Shown here: piece after piece, positions 9,195 through 18,121 of the stretch
Layout: each line of letters opens with the position of its first letter
Position numbering within the stretch: the first letter of the stretch is position 1
Assembly (NCBI GenBank): GCA_017882425.1
Contig: JADGPM010000236.1
Location: forward strand, 1-48,688
Length of the DNA: 48,688 nt
From: Solirubrobacteraceae bacterium
GTDB taxonomy: Bacteria; Actinomycetota; Thermoleophilia; Solirubrobacterales; Solirubrobacteraceae
Direction of reading: 5' to 3'
Made by a program: the position numbers and the translations under genes
The notes under the pieces: generated by a model
What the model was told of the DNA's origin: nothing
The model's database searches: none
What the model saw: the letters and a program-made list of their open reading frames with translations, nothing else

Positions 9195-9620
9195 ATGTAT
9201 CAAGTCAGTAGAGCGATCTACAGGGAGCTCTCGCCGGAGATCGTCACCGGCCGCGACGGGCATGCTGAAGTCCTGCGCGCCTGCGAGTCCGCGATCGAGC
9301 GCCTCGCCACCGATCGCCATTACTTCGCCCATCCAGCACGCAGCCTGTTCCGCGACATTCGCACGAACTTCCCGCTGCAGGCCCAGACCAGGGTCTGGGT
9401 CACCGTGCGCGACTACGTCACCGCAGCGGAGCGGCTCCTCGCGAGCCTCACGACGCGTGGTCGTGACGTGTTCGGCAACCCGCTGCAGTGTCGTGCGACG
9501 ACGCGCCGCGGGACCGCGTGCCAGCGGATTCCGGTGCACGCGAACGGGTACTGCCCGTCGCACCAGCACCTCGCGATGACCGAAGAGGTCGAGCTCGAGG
9601 AGCTCGCGCTGGCGGCATAG
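9195..9620 (+). CDS. hypothetical protein with C-terminal Cys3-His zinc knuckle
   Basis: 141 aa with a GGAGGG SD 8 nt upstream. C-terminal motif is CRATTRRGTACQRIPVHANGYCPSH (C-x8-C-x10-C-x2-H). Sits in a locally less GC-rich pocket. Confidence 0.6.
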   Translation: MYQVSRAIYRELSPEIVTGRDGHAEVLRACESAIERLATDRHYFAHPARSLFRDIRTNFPLQAQTRVWVTVRDYVTAAERLLASLTTRGRDVFGNPLQCRATTRRGTACQRIPVHANGYCPSHQHLAMTEEVELEELALAA

Positions 9621-9645
9621 CCCGCAGCACCCGTTCGGGGGGAAT

Positions 9646-9679
9646 CGACGCCGGGGTCGCGTGTGCGACTCCGGCGTCG
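9646..9679. terminator. strong GC hairpin between convergent genes (bidirectional terminator candidate, no U-tract)
   Basis: cgacgccggggtcgc-gtgt-gcgactccggcgtcg forms a 15-bp stem (one G-U) with a 4-nt loop. It starts 26 nt after the stop of 9195..9620. Confidence 0.6.
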
Positions 9680-9694
9680 CCCGTCGTGCGGGGC

Positions 9695-11044
9695 TCAGGC
9701 GAGCGCCGCGTCGATCGCCCCCGCGAGCTCCGCGGTGTGGAGCGCGTGCTCGGGCTTCATCAGGCAGTGGCGCAGCGTCGTCACGGTCGGCGCGTCGTCC
9801 TGCAGCCAGGGATGGCTGCGCCGCAGCCAGGCCGTCTCGACGCGCAGCTTCGCCGCGTGGATCCCCTGGGTGGCCAGCCGGTCGAAGGCGGTCTCGCAGG
9901 CCGCCGACACGGCGCTCGCGCTCGACAGGCGCGGGAACGGGCAGACGATGTCGAGCTGGGGCTCGGCGACGAGCACATGCCCCTGAGCACGCACCCGGGC
10001 GCCGAGGTCGAGCGCGGCCCCGCGCGCGGCGGCGAGCGTCGCGCCGAGGCCCGCGCGGTCGAGCGGGAAGCGCCGCAGCGTCGCCCACAGGGCCGCGGCG
10101 GCGGCGCCGGGACGTGAGCACTCCAGGCTGATCTCCCCCAGGTGCAGCTCGTCGCTCGTGAAGTACGTGTACGGGGAGTCGTGGACGTAGTGGCGCCCGA
10201 CGGCGGGGTCGGCGAAGAGGACGCAGCCGCAGCCGTAGGGCTGCAGTCCGTGCTTGTGGGGGTCGATCACGACCGAATCGGCGCGCGCGATCGCTGCGAA
10301 CGGGGCGGCCTCGACCCCCGGCGCCGCGCCGTCGGCGAGCAGCGTGAAGAAGCCGCCGTAGGCCGTGTCGACGTGCAGGCGCACATCATGCTCGGCGCAC
10401 AGGTCGGCGATCGCGCCGAGCGGATCGAGCGCGCCGAGGCTCGTCGTGCCCACCGTCGCCACGACGGTGCCGACGCCACCGCGACGCAGCTCGACCGCGA
10501 GCGCGTCGAGGTCCATCCGGCCGGCCGCGTCCTGCGCCACGGCGGTGTGCTCGACGCCGAGCACACCGCACATGCGGGCGTGCGTGTAGTGCGCCGCCGC
10601 ACCGGACAGGACCCTCGTGCCCGGGCGCTCCTCGCGAGCGACGAAGAGCGCCTCGAGGTTCGCGATCGTCCCGCTCGAAGTGAGGTGGCCCAGGTGCTGC
10701 TCGCGGCCGAGCAGCAGCCGCGCCAGCTGCGCGACGACCTCGCGCTCCATGCGCGCCGTCGCCGGCCCGCCGTCGAGCGCGTGGTTGTTCGGGTTGAGCA
10801 GCATCGCGAGCGCGTAGGCGGCCCAGGCCACCGGATGCGGCGGCTTGAGCATCTGGCCCGCGTAGTGCCAGTCGTGGTAGGGGTAGGTGTCCGCAAGGCG
10901 CACCGCGAGCTCGTCGAGGACGGCGAGCGCCGCCGGGTCCGCGTCCGCCTCCCCGGCCAGTGATCCGAGCTGCGCGAGCACCGGCGCGCGCTCGCGCAGC
11001 CGGGCGACGTCGGCCGGCGGGAGCAGGGCGTCGGTCGGCTCCAT
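9695..11044 (-). CDS. PLP-dependent group II amino-acid decarboxylase
   Basis: 449 aa with HLTSSGTIANLEAL, HVDTAYGG and the PLP-lysine motif VVIDPHKHG. Confidence 0.9.
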   Translation of the reverse strand: MEPTDALLPPADVARLRERAPVLAQLGSLAGEADADPAALAVLDELAVRLADTYPYHDWHYAGQMLKPPHPVAWAAYALAMLLNPNNHALDGGPATARMEREVVAQLARLLLGREQHLGHLTSSGTIANLEALFVAREERPGTRVLSGAAAHYTHARMCGVLGVEHTAVAQDAAGRMDLDALAVELRRGGVGTVVATVGTTSLGALDPLGAIADLCAEHDVRLHVDTAYGGFFTLLADGAAPGVEAAPFAAIARADSVVIDPHKHGLQPYGCGCVLFADPAVGRHYVHDSPYTYFTSDELHLGEISLECSRPGAAAAALWATLRRFPLDRAGLGATLAAARGAALDLGARVRAQGHVLVAEPQLDIVCPFPRLSSASAVSAACETAFDRLATQGIHAAKLRVETAWLRRSHPWLQDDAPTVTTLRHCLMKPEHALHTAELAGAIDAALA

Positions 11045-11050
11045 CGGCCG

Positions 11051-11056
11051 ATCGTA
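11051..11056 (-). promoter_or_regulatory. putative -10 box TACGAT positioned for a leaderless mRNA of the decarboxylase gene
   Basis: The minus strand reads TACGAT-cggccg-ATG. This fits TANNNT, lies 6 nt before the start, and there is no SD. Confidence 0.4.
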
Positions 11057-11078
11057 GTGCCGCGGTGGCCCGCGCCGG

Positions 11079-11084
11079 TAGCGT
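11079..11084 (+). promoter_or_regulatory. putative -10 box TAGCGT positioned for a leaderless hyuA mRNA
   Basis: TAGCGT-gccgcgc-ATG, 7 nt before the start at 11092, with no SD. Confidence 0.4.
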
Positions 11085-11091
11085 GCCGCGC

Positions 11092-13002
11092 ATGCTGCTC
11101 GGGGTCGACGTCGGCGGGACGTACACCGACGCCGTCCTCGTCGGCGGCGGGCGCGTCGTCACGGCGAAGGCCCCCACGACGCCCGATGACCAGTCGCTCG
11201 GCGTGATGGCGGCCGTCGAGGGCGCACTCGCGGCGGCCGGCGTGACGGCAGCGGACGTGCGCGCGCTGGCGCACGGCATGACGGTGGCGACGAACGCGCT
11301 GCTCGAGGGCGACACGGCACGAACGGCGTTCGTGGCGACCGACGGCTTCACCGACGTCATCGAGCTCGCGCGCCAGACGCGCCCCGAGCTCTATCGCCTG
11401 TGCGCGGCGCGCCCGGCGCCGATCACGCCCGCGGAGCGACGGTTCGCGGCGCCCGAGCGGATGGGCCCGACCGGGACGCTGCGCGCGTTGGAGCCCGCGC
11501 GGGCCGCGGCGCTCGCGCGGGCGGTCGCCGCCTGCGGCCCGGAGGCGGTCGCCGTCTGCCTGCTGCACGCCTGGCGTGACCCGGCGCACGAGCTGCTGCT
11601 GCGCGAGGCGCTGCGCGCCGAGCTCGGCGACGACGTCCCGGTCGCCCTCTCGCACGAGGTCGTCGGCACGTTCCGCGAGTACGAGCGCGCGGCGACGACG
11701 GAGCTCGACGCCGCGCTGACGCCACTGCTCGGCGCCTACCTGCGCCGCCTCCTGGGCCGGACCACCGGCGCGGGGCTCCCGGCCCCGCAGGTCATGCAGT
11801 CCAGCGGCGGGCTCGTCGACGCGGCGACCGCCGCCGACCACGCCGTCCTGACCGTGCTCTCCGGGCCGGCCGGCGGCGCGGCCGCCGCGGCGCTGATCGC
11901 GCGCGCCTGCCACGAGCCCGACCTGCTGTGCTTCGACATGGGCGGCACCTCCTGCGACGTCTGCGTCGTGCAGGACGGGCGCGTGCGCGAGAGCGCGGGA
12001 CGCGAGATCGCCGGACGCCCGGTCGCGCTGGCGATGGTCGACATCCACACCGTCGGCGCCGGCGGCGGCTCGATCGGCTGGCGCGACGCGGGCGGGGCGC
12101 TGCGCGTCGGGCCGCGCTCGGCCGGCGCCGTCCCCGGCCCCGCCGCCTACGGGCGCGGCGGGGCCGAACCCACCGTCACCGACGCGCACGTCGTCCTTGG
12201 GACGCTGTCGGCGGAGCGCCCGCTCGCCGGCGGGCTGCGGCTCGACGCCGGCGCCGCGCACGACGCCGTCGCGCGCCTGGCGGGCGAGCTCGGCCTGCAG
12301 CCGGACGCCTGCGCCGCGGGCATCCTGCGCGTCGCGAACGCCGAGATGGTCCGCGCACTGCGCGTCATGACGATTGAGCGCGGGATCGACCCGCGCGACT
12401 TCGCGCTGCTCGCCTTCGGCGGCGCCGGCCCGCTGCACGCGGCCGCGATCGCCGACGAGCTGGGCATGCGCAGGATCCTCGTGCCGCGCGCCTCCGGCGT
12501 CCTCAGCGCGCTCGGGCTCGCCGCGGCGGACCGGCGCGCGACGCGCCAGCGCTCGGTTCTGCTCGCCGGCGCGGCGCTGACCGACGCGGCGCTCGCCGCT
12601 GCGCGCGGCGCGCTGCTGGAGGAGGGGCGCGCGATCCTGTGTTCCGGGGCCGCCGCCCTCCCCCTTGTCGCCTACGACGTGCGCTACCGCGGCCAGTCCC
12701 ACGAGCTGACCGTCGACGGACCCGGGCTGCACACCGCCGGCGACGTGCGCGCGGCGTTCGAGGCCGACCACGAGCAGCGCTACGGCTGGCGCGAGCCGGA
12801 CGGCGAGATCGAGGTGGTGACCCTGCGCGTCGCCGCGGTCGCCCCGGGCGATGCGGTGGACCTCGCGGACCCGGCGCAGGAGCCGCTGCGCGTCACCGGC
12901 CCGGCCGTGCTGCATCTCGCCGAGACGACGGTGGCGGTGCCCGCCGGCTGGAGCGGCGCCACCGACGCCACGGGCACGCTCGTCCTGGAGCGCGACGCAT
13001 GA
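11092..13002 (+). CDS. hyuA: hydantoinase/oxoprolinase family protein, A subunit
   Basis: In-frame ATG at 11092 (MLLGVDVGGTYTDAV). Also has FDMGGTSCDV and HTVGAGGGS. The ORF part upstream of 11092 is Arg/Ala junk. Confidence 0.9.
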   Translation: MLLGVDVGGTYTDAVLVGGGRVVTAKAPTTPDDQSLGVMAAVEGALAAAGVTAADVRALAHGMTVATNALLEGDTARTAFVATDGFTDVIELARQTRPELYRLCAARPAPITPAERRFAAPERMGPTGTLRALEPARAAALARAVAACGPEAVAVCLLHAWRDPAHELLLREALRAELGDDVPVALSHEVVGTFREYERAATTELDAALTPLLGAYLRRLLGRTTGAGLPAPQVMQSSGGLVDAATAADHAVLTVLSGPAGGAAAAALIARACHEPDLLCFDMGGTSCDVCVVQDGRVRESAGREIAGRPVALAMVDIHTVGAGGGSIGWRDAGGALRVGPRSAGAVPGPAAYGRGGAEPTVTDAHVVLGTLSAERPLAGGLRLDAGAAHDAVARLAGELGLQPDACAAGILRVANAEMVRALRVMTIERGIDPRDFALLAFGGAGPLHAAAIADELGMRRILVPRASGVLSALGLAAADRRATRQRSVLLAGAALTDAALAAARGALLEEGRAILCSGAAALPLVAYDVRYRGQSHELTVDGPGLHTAGDVRAAFEADHEQRYGWREPDGEIEVVTLRVAAVAPGDAVDLADPAQEPLRVTGPAVLHLAETTVAVPAGWSGATDATGTLVLERDA

Positions 13003-14504
13003 GCGGCCTGGACCCGATCTCGCTGCAGGTCGTCAGCGGCGCGCTGCGCGCCGCCTGCGAGGAGATGGGCGCAGTGCTCGTGCGCTCGTCGCACTCGGCG
13101 AACATCAAGGAGCGGCGCGACTGCTCGACCGCGCTCTTCGACGCACGGGCACGGATGATCATGCAGGCCGAGCACATCCCGGTGCACCTCGGCGCGATGC
13201 CGGCCGCCGTCTCCGCCGTCGCGGCGCACGAACAGCGTCCCGGCGTCCCCTGGGTGCTCAACGACCCGTTCGCCGGGGGCACCCACCTGCCGGACATCAC
13301 GGTCGTCACGCCGGCGTTCCGCGACGGCGAGCTGCTGGGCTTCGCCGCCAGCCGCGCCCATCACGCGGACGTCGGCGGCCGCCTGCCGGGGTCGATGCCG
13401 GCGGACTCGACGACCCTCGAGGAGGAGGGCGTGGTGATCCCGCCCTCGGTCCTCGACGCGGACCTGATCGACGCGCTCGCCGGCCGCATGCGCCAGCCGG
13501 ACGAGCGCCGCGCGGATCTGCGCGCGCAGCTCGCCGCGAACGCGACGGGCGTGACGCGGCTGCTGGAGCTCTCCGAGCGCATCGGCGCGGGGGCTCTGGG
13601 CGCCGCGACCTCGGCCGTGCTCGACTACGCGGAGCGGCGCACGCGAGCGTGCGTGGCGGCCCTGCCCGACGGCGAGCATCGCGCGCACGACGTCCTGGAG
13701 GCGCGCGAGGGCGACCTCGAGCTGCAGCTCCTGGCCACCGTCCGCGGCGACGAGCTCGTCCTCGACTTCAGCGGCAGCGCGCCCCAGCATCCCGGCAACC
13801 TCAACTGCCCGCTCGCCGTCACGTTCTCGGCCTGCCTGTTCGCGCTGCGCGTGCTGACCGACCCGGACATCCCGGCGAACGCCGGCGCCGCCCGGCCGCT
13901 GACCGTGATCGCGCCGAAGGGCACGCTGCTGCACGCGCGGGCGCCCGCCGCGGTCGCCGCCGGCAACGTCGAGACCTCGAGCCGCGTCGCCGACCTCGTG
14001 CTGAGCGCGTTCGGCCAGGCGCTCGGTCAGGGCACGATGAACAACCTCACGCTCGGCGACAGCGCGTTCTCCTACTACGAGACGCTCGGCGGCGGCCAGG
14101 GCGCCTGCGCCGACGCGGACGGGCCCTCGGGCGTGCACGTCGCGATGTCGAACACGCTGAACACGCCCGTGGAGGCGCTCGAGCTCGAATTCCCGCTGCT
14201 CGTGCGCGAGTACGCCCTGCGCCGCGGTTCGGGCGGCGCCGGCCTGCACCGCGGCGGCGACGGCGTGATCCGCGACCTCGAGGCGCTGACCGCGATGGAG
14301 TACTCGCTGATCACCGAACGCCGCCGGCACCGCCCGCACGGCGCCGCCGGGGGCGCGCCGGGTGCGGCCGGGCGCAACCTGCTCAACGGGTCCGAGCTGC
14401 CCGCGAAGATCTCCGGGACGCTGCAGGCCGGCGATCGGCTGCGCCTGGAGACCCCCGGCGGAGGCGGATTCGGCGCTGTGCCCGGACCACCGCAGGACAG
14501 GTAA
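12999..14504 (+). CDS. hyuB: hydantoinase B/oxoprolinase family protein, B subunit
   Basis: The ATG at 12999 overlaps the hyuA stop (ATGA). N-terminus is MSGLDPISLQVVSGALRAACEEMG, and SANIKERRDCSTALFD and NDPFAGGTHLPD are present. Confidence 0.9.
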   Translation: MSGLDPISLQVVSGALRAACEEMGAVLVRSSHSANIKERRDCSTALFDARARMIMQAEHIPVHLGAMPAAVSAVAAHEQRPGVPWVLNDPFAGGTHLPDITVVTPAFRDGELLGFAASRAHHADVGGRLPGSMPADSTTLEEEGVVIPPSVLDADLIDALAGRMRQPDERRADLRAQLAANATGVTRLLELSERIGAGALGAATSAVLDYAERRTRACVAALPDGEHRAHDVLEAREGDLELQLLATVRGDELVLDFSGSAPQHPGNLNCPLAVTFSACLFALRVLTDPDIPANAGAARPLTVIAPKGTLLHARAPAAVAAGNVETSSRVADLVLSAFGQALGQGTMNNLTLGDSAFSYYETLGGGQGACADADGPSGVHVAMSNTLNTPVEALELEFPLLVREYALRRGSGGAGLHRGGDGVIRDLEALTAMEYSLITERRRHRPHGAAGGAPGAAGRNLLNGSELPAKISGTLQAGDRLRLETPGGGGFGAVPGPPQDR

Positions 14505-14626
14505 GGGGTCTTCCCCAGCAGGTAAGGCATCGGCCGCGCAGACCGGCACCATTCGCCCGATGTGCGCGGTCGCGGCGTAGCTCACCATCGATGTCGTCCC
14601 ATCCAACGGCACCGAGGAGCAGCGCC

Positions 14627-15037
14627 ATGCAGACCCTGACCACCCACCTCGCCACGACCCGCGACCACGAGCTCCGTGACGCGTCCGCCGCCCCGCTGCC
14701 GCGCCTGCGCGACGAGCGCGCGTCGCTGCGCGACGCCGGCCGCGTCGTCCTGCGCCGCGCGCGGCCGCAGGACGGCGCCGCCGTCGCCCACCTCGCCGCG
14801 CTCGACGAGGCCCCGATCCCCCGCGGGGACGTGCTCGTCGTCGAGCTCGACGAGCGCATCGTCGCCGCGGTCCCCGTGGCCGGCGGCGAGGCCATCGCCG
14901 ACCCGTTCCAGCGCACCGCCGGCCTCGTCGACCTGGCCGAGCGCCGCGCCGCGCTGCTGCGCGGCGAGCTGCCGCGACGGTCGCGTCTGGGCGGCGCGCT
15001 GCGGCACGTCTCGGGCGGGCGCCGGGCCGCGGCATGA
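14627..15037 (+). CDS. hypothetical 136-aa protein, translationally coupled to the LAL regulator
   Basis: GAGGAG SD lies 7 nt before the ATG at 14627, and the stop overlaps the next ATG (ATGA). The core VVLRRARPQDGAAVAHLAALDE...ELDERIVAAVPVAGGEAIADPF resembles the first strands of a GNAT fold without the acetyl-CoA motif. Confidence 0.5.
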   Translation: MQTLTTHLATTRDHELRDASAAPLPRLRDERASLRDAGRVVLRRARPQDGAAVAHLAALDEAPIPRGDVLVVELDERIVAAVPVAGGEAIADPFQRTAGLVDLAERRAALLRGELPRRSRLGGALRHVSGGRRAAA

Positions 15038-18000
15038 GTGTCCCGGCGGGCCCCGCCGCGGCGCTCCGCGAGCGCGAGAGACCGGCGCGCGATACTGCGT
15101 CCGTGGCGACACGGATGACGAGCAGCCGGCTGATCGGGCGCGACGTCGAGCTCGCCGAGCTCGAGGCGGCGCTCGCGGACGCGGCCGACGGCCGGCCCTC
15201 CCTGACATTCGTCGCCGGCGAGTCCGGCGTCGGCAAGTCGCGCCTGCTCGCGGAGCTGAGCGCACGCGCCATCGCGACCGGCGCGCGCGTGGAGATCGGC
15301 GACTGCGTGGAGCTCGGCACCGAGGAACTCCCCTACGCCCCCATCGTCGCGGTTCTGCGCTCACTGGCACGCGAGGGGGACGCGGTCCTCGCAGAGCTCC
15401 CCCCGGCCACGCGCGCGGAGCTCGCCACGCTGCTGCCGGAGCTCGGCGCCGGCGCACCATCCCCCGACGAGCCCGATGCCCGCGCCACGGACAGCTCGCA
15501 GGCGCAGGCGCGCCTCTTCGAGGCCCTGCTGACGCTGCTGGACCGCCTGGGCACGGACGCGCCGCTGACCCTCGTCCTCGAGGACATCCACTGGGCCGAC
15601 CGGTCGACGCGCGCATTCCTCGTCTTCCTCGGCCGCAGTCTCTGGGCCCAGCGGGTGCTCGTCGTCGCCACCTACCGCTCCGACGAGCTGCACCGCCGCC
15701 ATCCGCTGCGCCCGCTGCTCGCCGAGCTCGAGCGCGACCCGCGCGCACGCCGGATCGAGCTCGTGCGCTTCACGCGGGGCGAGCTCGCCGAGCAGCTGCG
15801 CGACATCCTCGGCGCGCCGGCCGACGCCGGGCTCGCCGAACGGCTCTTCGAGCGCACCGAGGGCAACCCGCTCTTCACCGAGGAGCTGCTGGCTGCCGGC
15901 CTCGACGGCCGCAGCGCCCTCCCGACGACGCTGCGCGACGCGCTGATGGTCCGCATCGAGCGTCTCAGTGAGCCGGCGCAGGACGTGCTGCGGCTCCTCT
16001 CAGCCGGGCGGATGGTCGACCACGACGTGCTCGCCGAGGCCAGCGGCCTCGACGGACCGACCCTGCGCGCGGCGCTGCGCGAGGCTGCGGAGGCGAACAT
16101 CATCCGTGCCGACGAGCGTGGCCGCTACCGCTTCCGCCACGCCCTGCTGCGCGAGGTCGTGCACGACGATCTGCTGCCCGGTGAGCACGCCGAGCTGCAC
16201 CTGGCGCTGGCGCGCGCGCTGGAGCAGCAGGCGGGCACGGGCGGCGGCGAGGCGCTGCTGCGCGCCGGCATCGCCCACCACTATCTGTCCGCCGGCTGCC
16301 AGGACCTCGCGCTCGCCGCGTCGGTCCGTGCCGCCGACGCGGCCGAGCACGTCCACGCCTACGGCGAGGCGGCGGCCCAGCTCGAGCGCGCGCTGGACCT
16401 CTGGCCGCGCGTTCCCGGCGCCTGCGACCTCACCGGCGCCGACCACGTCAAGCTCCTCGCACGGGCGGGCGGCGCGCTCGTCAACGACGGCGAGTACGTC
16501 CGCGGTGTGGCGTTCCTGCAGCAGGCCCTCGACGAGATCGACGAGGCGGCCGAGCCCCACCGCGCAGTCGGCGTGCTCGACCGGCTCTCCAAGGCGTTCT
16601 GGTCGCTCGGGCGGGCGGAGGAGGCGCGGGCGACGATCGCGCGCGCCGTAGCGCTGATCCCCGACGGCGACGAGAGCGCCGAGCGAGCACGCGTGCTCGC
16701 CTGGCAGGCGAAGGCGTGCATGCTCCAGGGGCGCTATCGCGAGACGGTCGAGATCGCCCGCGAGGCGCTCGACGCCGCAGCGCGGGCCGGCGCCGCGGCG
16801 CCGCGCAACAGCGCGCTCAACTCACTCGGCATCGCCCTGATCTCCGGCGGAGCGGTCGAGGAGGGCGTCAGCAGCCTGCGCACCGCGCTGACAGACGCCA
16901 CAGACGAGTGGGACCGCGTGAGCGGGTACGTGAACCTCGCCGACTCACTGCACCTGATCGGCCGCTCGGACGAGGCGATGGAGATCGCGCTCGAGGGCCG
17001 CGACCGCATCACGCTCGGCGAACGCTCGTGCGACTGGCTGCACATGACGCTGTCCGAGATCCAGTGGGATCTCGGCGACTGGGACGCGGCGCGCACGACG
17101 ATGCCGCCGGAGGACCAGCGCCGCCACGGCATGACGTTCGCCTTCGCGGAGCTCCGCCGCGCCGAGATGCAGCTCGCAGGCGGCGACCACGACGCCGTCC
17201 GCGCCCGCCTGGAGCGGATCGCCGAGCTCGTCGCGGGTTCCCGCGAGCCGCAGTTCATCGGCTGGTTCGGCACCCTGCGGGGCGAGCTCGAGCGCCGCTG
17301 CGGCGACCTCGCAGGCGCCCGCGCGGCGATCGACGACGCACTCGACGCCATCGAGTTCTGCTCCGAGGACCTGCCCCGCGTCTCCAAGCTCGCCGAGGGC
17401 GGCGCCGCGATCGAGGCCGACGCCGCACAGCGCGCCCGCGATCTGGGCGACCCGGAGGCCGAGCGCCTTGCGATCGGGCGCGCCGAGGCCTACCTGGCAC
17501 GCGCCGAGGCGTGCGTCGACGGCTGGCGGCCGGTCGAGCATGCTCGTGCGGTGGCGACCGCCGCCGAGGTGGCGCGCGCCCGCGGCGCTGCAGACGAGCA
17601 GCGCTATGGCGCCACATGCGCGACATTCCTGGAGCTGCATCGTCCCTACCCCGCGGCGCTCGCCGGCCTGCGGCGCGCCGAGGCGCTCGCGGCGCAGGGC
17701 GAGCGTGAGCGCGCCGCCGAGGCGGTCGGCGAGGTTCGCGCCGCAGCCGACGCGCTCGGCGCCTGCTGGCTCGCGGCCGAGGCGGACGGGCTCGCCGCCC
17801 GCGCGCGGCTGCGCCAGGCGACGGGAGAGGACGGCGCGCACCCGGCGCCTGCGCCGCTGAACGGCGCCGGCGACGATCCATTCGGCCTCACGCCGCGTGA
17901 GCGCCAGGTCCTCGCGCTCGTCGCCGCCGGCGCGACGAACCGGGAGATCGGCGCGCAGCTGTACATGGCCGAGAAGACCGCCAGCGTGCACGTGTCACGC

Positions 18001-18075
18001 ATCCTCGCCAAGCTCGAGGTCCGCAGCCGGACCGAGGCGGCGGCAGTCGCGCACCGCCTCGGGCTCGACGGCTGA
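15034..18075 (+). CDS. LAL-type (large ATP-binding LuxR family) transcriptional regulator
   Basis: Walker A GESGVGKS, a long helical TPR-like middle, and a C-terminal LuxR HTH LTPRERQVLALVAAGATNREIGAQLYMAEKTASVHVSRILAKL. An alternative start is ATG 15115 (MTSSRLIGRD). Confidence 0.9.
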   Translation: MSVPAGPAAALRERERPARDTASVATRMTSSRLIGRDVELAELEAALADAADGRPSLTFVAGESGVGKSRLLAELSARAIATGARVEIGDCVELGTEELPYAPIVAVLRSLAREGDAVLAELPPATRAELATLLPELGAGAPSPDEPDARATDSSQAQARLFEALLTLLDRLGTDAPLTLVLEDIHWADRSTRAFLVFLGRSLWAQRVLVVATYRSDELHRRHPLRPLLAELERDPRARRIELVRFTRGELAEQLRDILGAPADAGLAERLFERTEGNPLFTEELLAAGLDGRSALPTTLRDALMVRIERLSEPAQDVLRLLSAGRMVDHDVLAEASGLDGPTLRAALREAAEANIIRADERGRYRFRHALLREVVHDDLLPGEHAELHLALARALEQQAGTGGGEALLRAGIAHHYLSAGCQDLALAASVRAADAAEHVHAYGEAAAQLERALDLWPRVPGACDLTGADHVKLLARAGGALVNDGEYVRGVAFLQQALDEIDEAAEPHRAVGVLDRLSKAFWSLGRAEEARATIARAVALIPDGDESAERARVLAWQAKACMLQGRYRETVEIAREALDAAARAGAAAPRNSALNSLGIALISGGAVEEGVSSLRTALTDATDEWDRVSGYVNLADSLHLIGRSDEAMEIALEGRDRITLGERSCDWLHMTLSEIQWDLGDWDAARTTMPPEDQRRHGMTFAFAELRRAEMQLAGGDHDAVRARLERIAELVAGSREPQFIGWFGTLRGELERRCGDLAGARAAIDDALDAIEFCSEDLPRVSKLAEGGAAIEADAAQRARDLGDPEAERLAIGRAEAYLARAEACVDGWRPVEHARAVATAAEVARARGAADEQRYGATCATFLELHRPYPAALAGLRRAEALAAQGERERAAEAVGEVRAAADALGACWLAAEADGLAARARLRQATGEDGAHPAPAPLNGAGDDPFGLTPRERQVLALVAAGATNREIGAQLYMAEKTASVHVSRILAKLEVRSRTEAAAVAHRLGLDG

Positions 18076-18109
18076 GGCCGCCGGCCGGCCGCTGCTCGCG
18101 GCGGCTTTC

Positions 18110-18115
18110 TAGGAT
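18110..18115 (+). promoter_or_regulatory. putative -10 box TAGGAT positioned for a leaderless mRNA
   Basis: TAGGAT-cgacgt-ATG, 6 nt before the start at 18122, with no SD. Confidence 0.4.
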
Positions 18116-18121
18116 CGACGT

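Noticed and set aside
9073-9579. Alternative 168-aa ORF overlapping 9195..9620 in another frame, and the 19155..19493 ORF overlapping the 4-Cys gene.
   Set aside because: Both have Ser/Arg/Ala-rich low-complexity translations with no SD. The chosen frames have an SD or protein-like composition and ordered Cys motifs.
10267-12915. 882-aa minus-strand ORF antisense to hyuA. Similar giant ORFs are 12780..15320 (846 aa), 32885..35863 (992 aa), 40405..42606 (733 aa) and 7415..8983 (522 aa).
   Set aside because: The translations are dominated by Arg/Ala/Gly/Pro/Asp runs with no motifs. Each lies antisense or out of frame to a gene with clear family signatures. Stop-codon scarcity in DNA this GC-rich produces such shadow ORFs.
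15034-18075. AAA/TPR 1013-aa protein as an Avs/STAND-type defence NTPase.
   Set aside because: The C-terminus is a canonical LuxR/GerE HTH and there is no nuclease or other effector domain. This fits MalT/LAL-type transcription activators.
18088-18110. Weak hairpin GCCGC-tgctc-GCGGC followed by ggcTTTCT after the LAL regulator, as an intrinsic terminator.
   Set aside because: The stem is only 5 bp, or about 8 with a bulge, and the T-tract overlaps the TAGGAT -10 box of the next gene. This is too weak to call as a feature.
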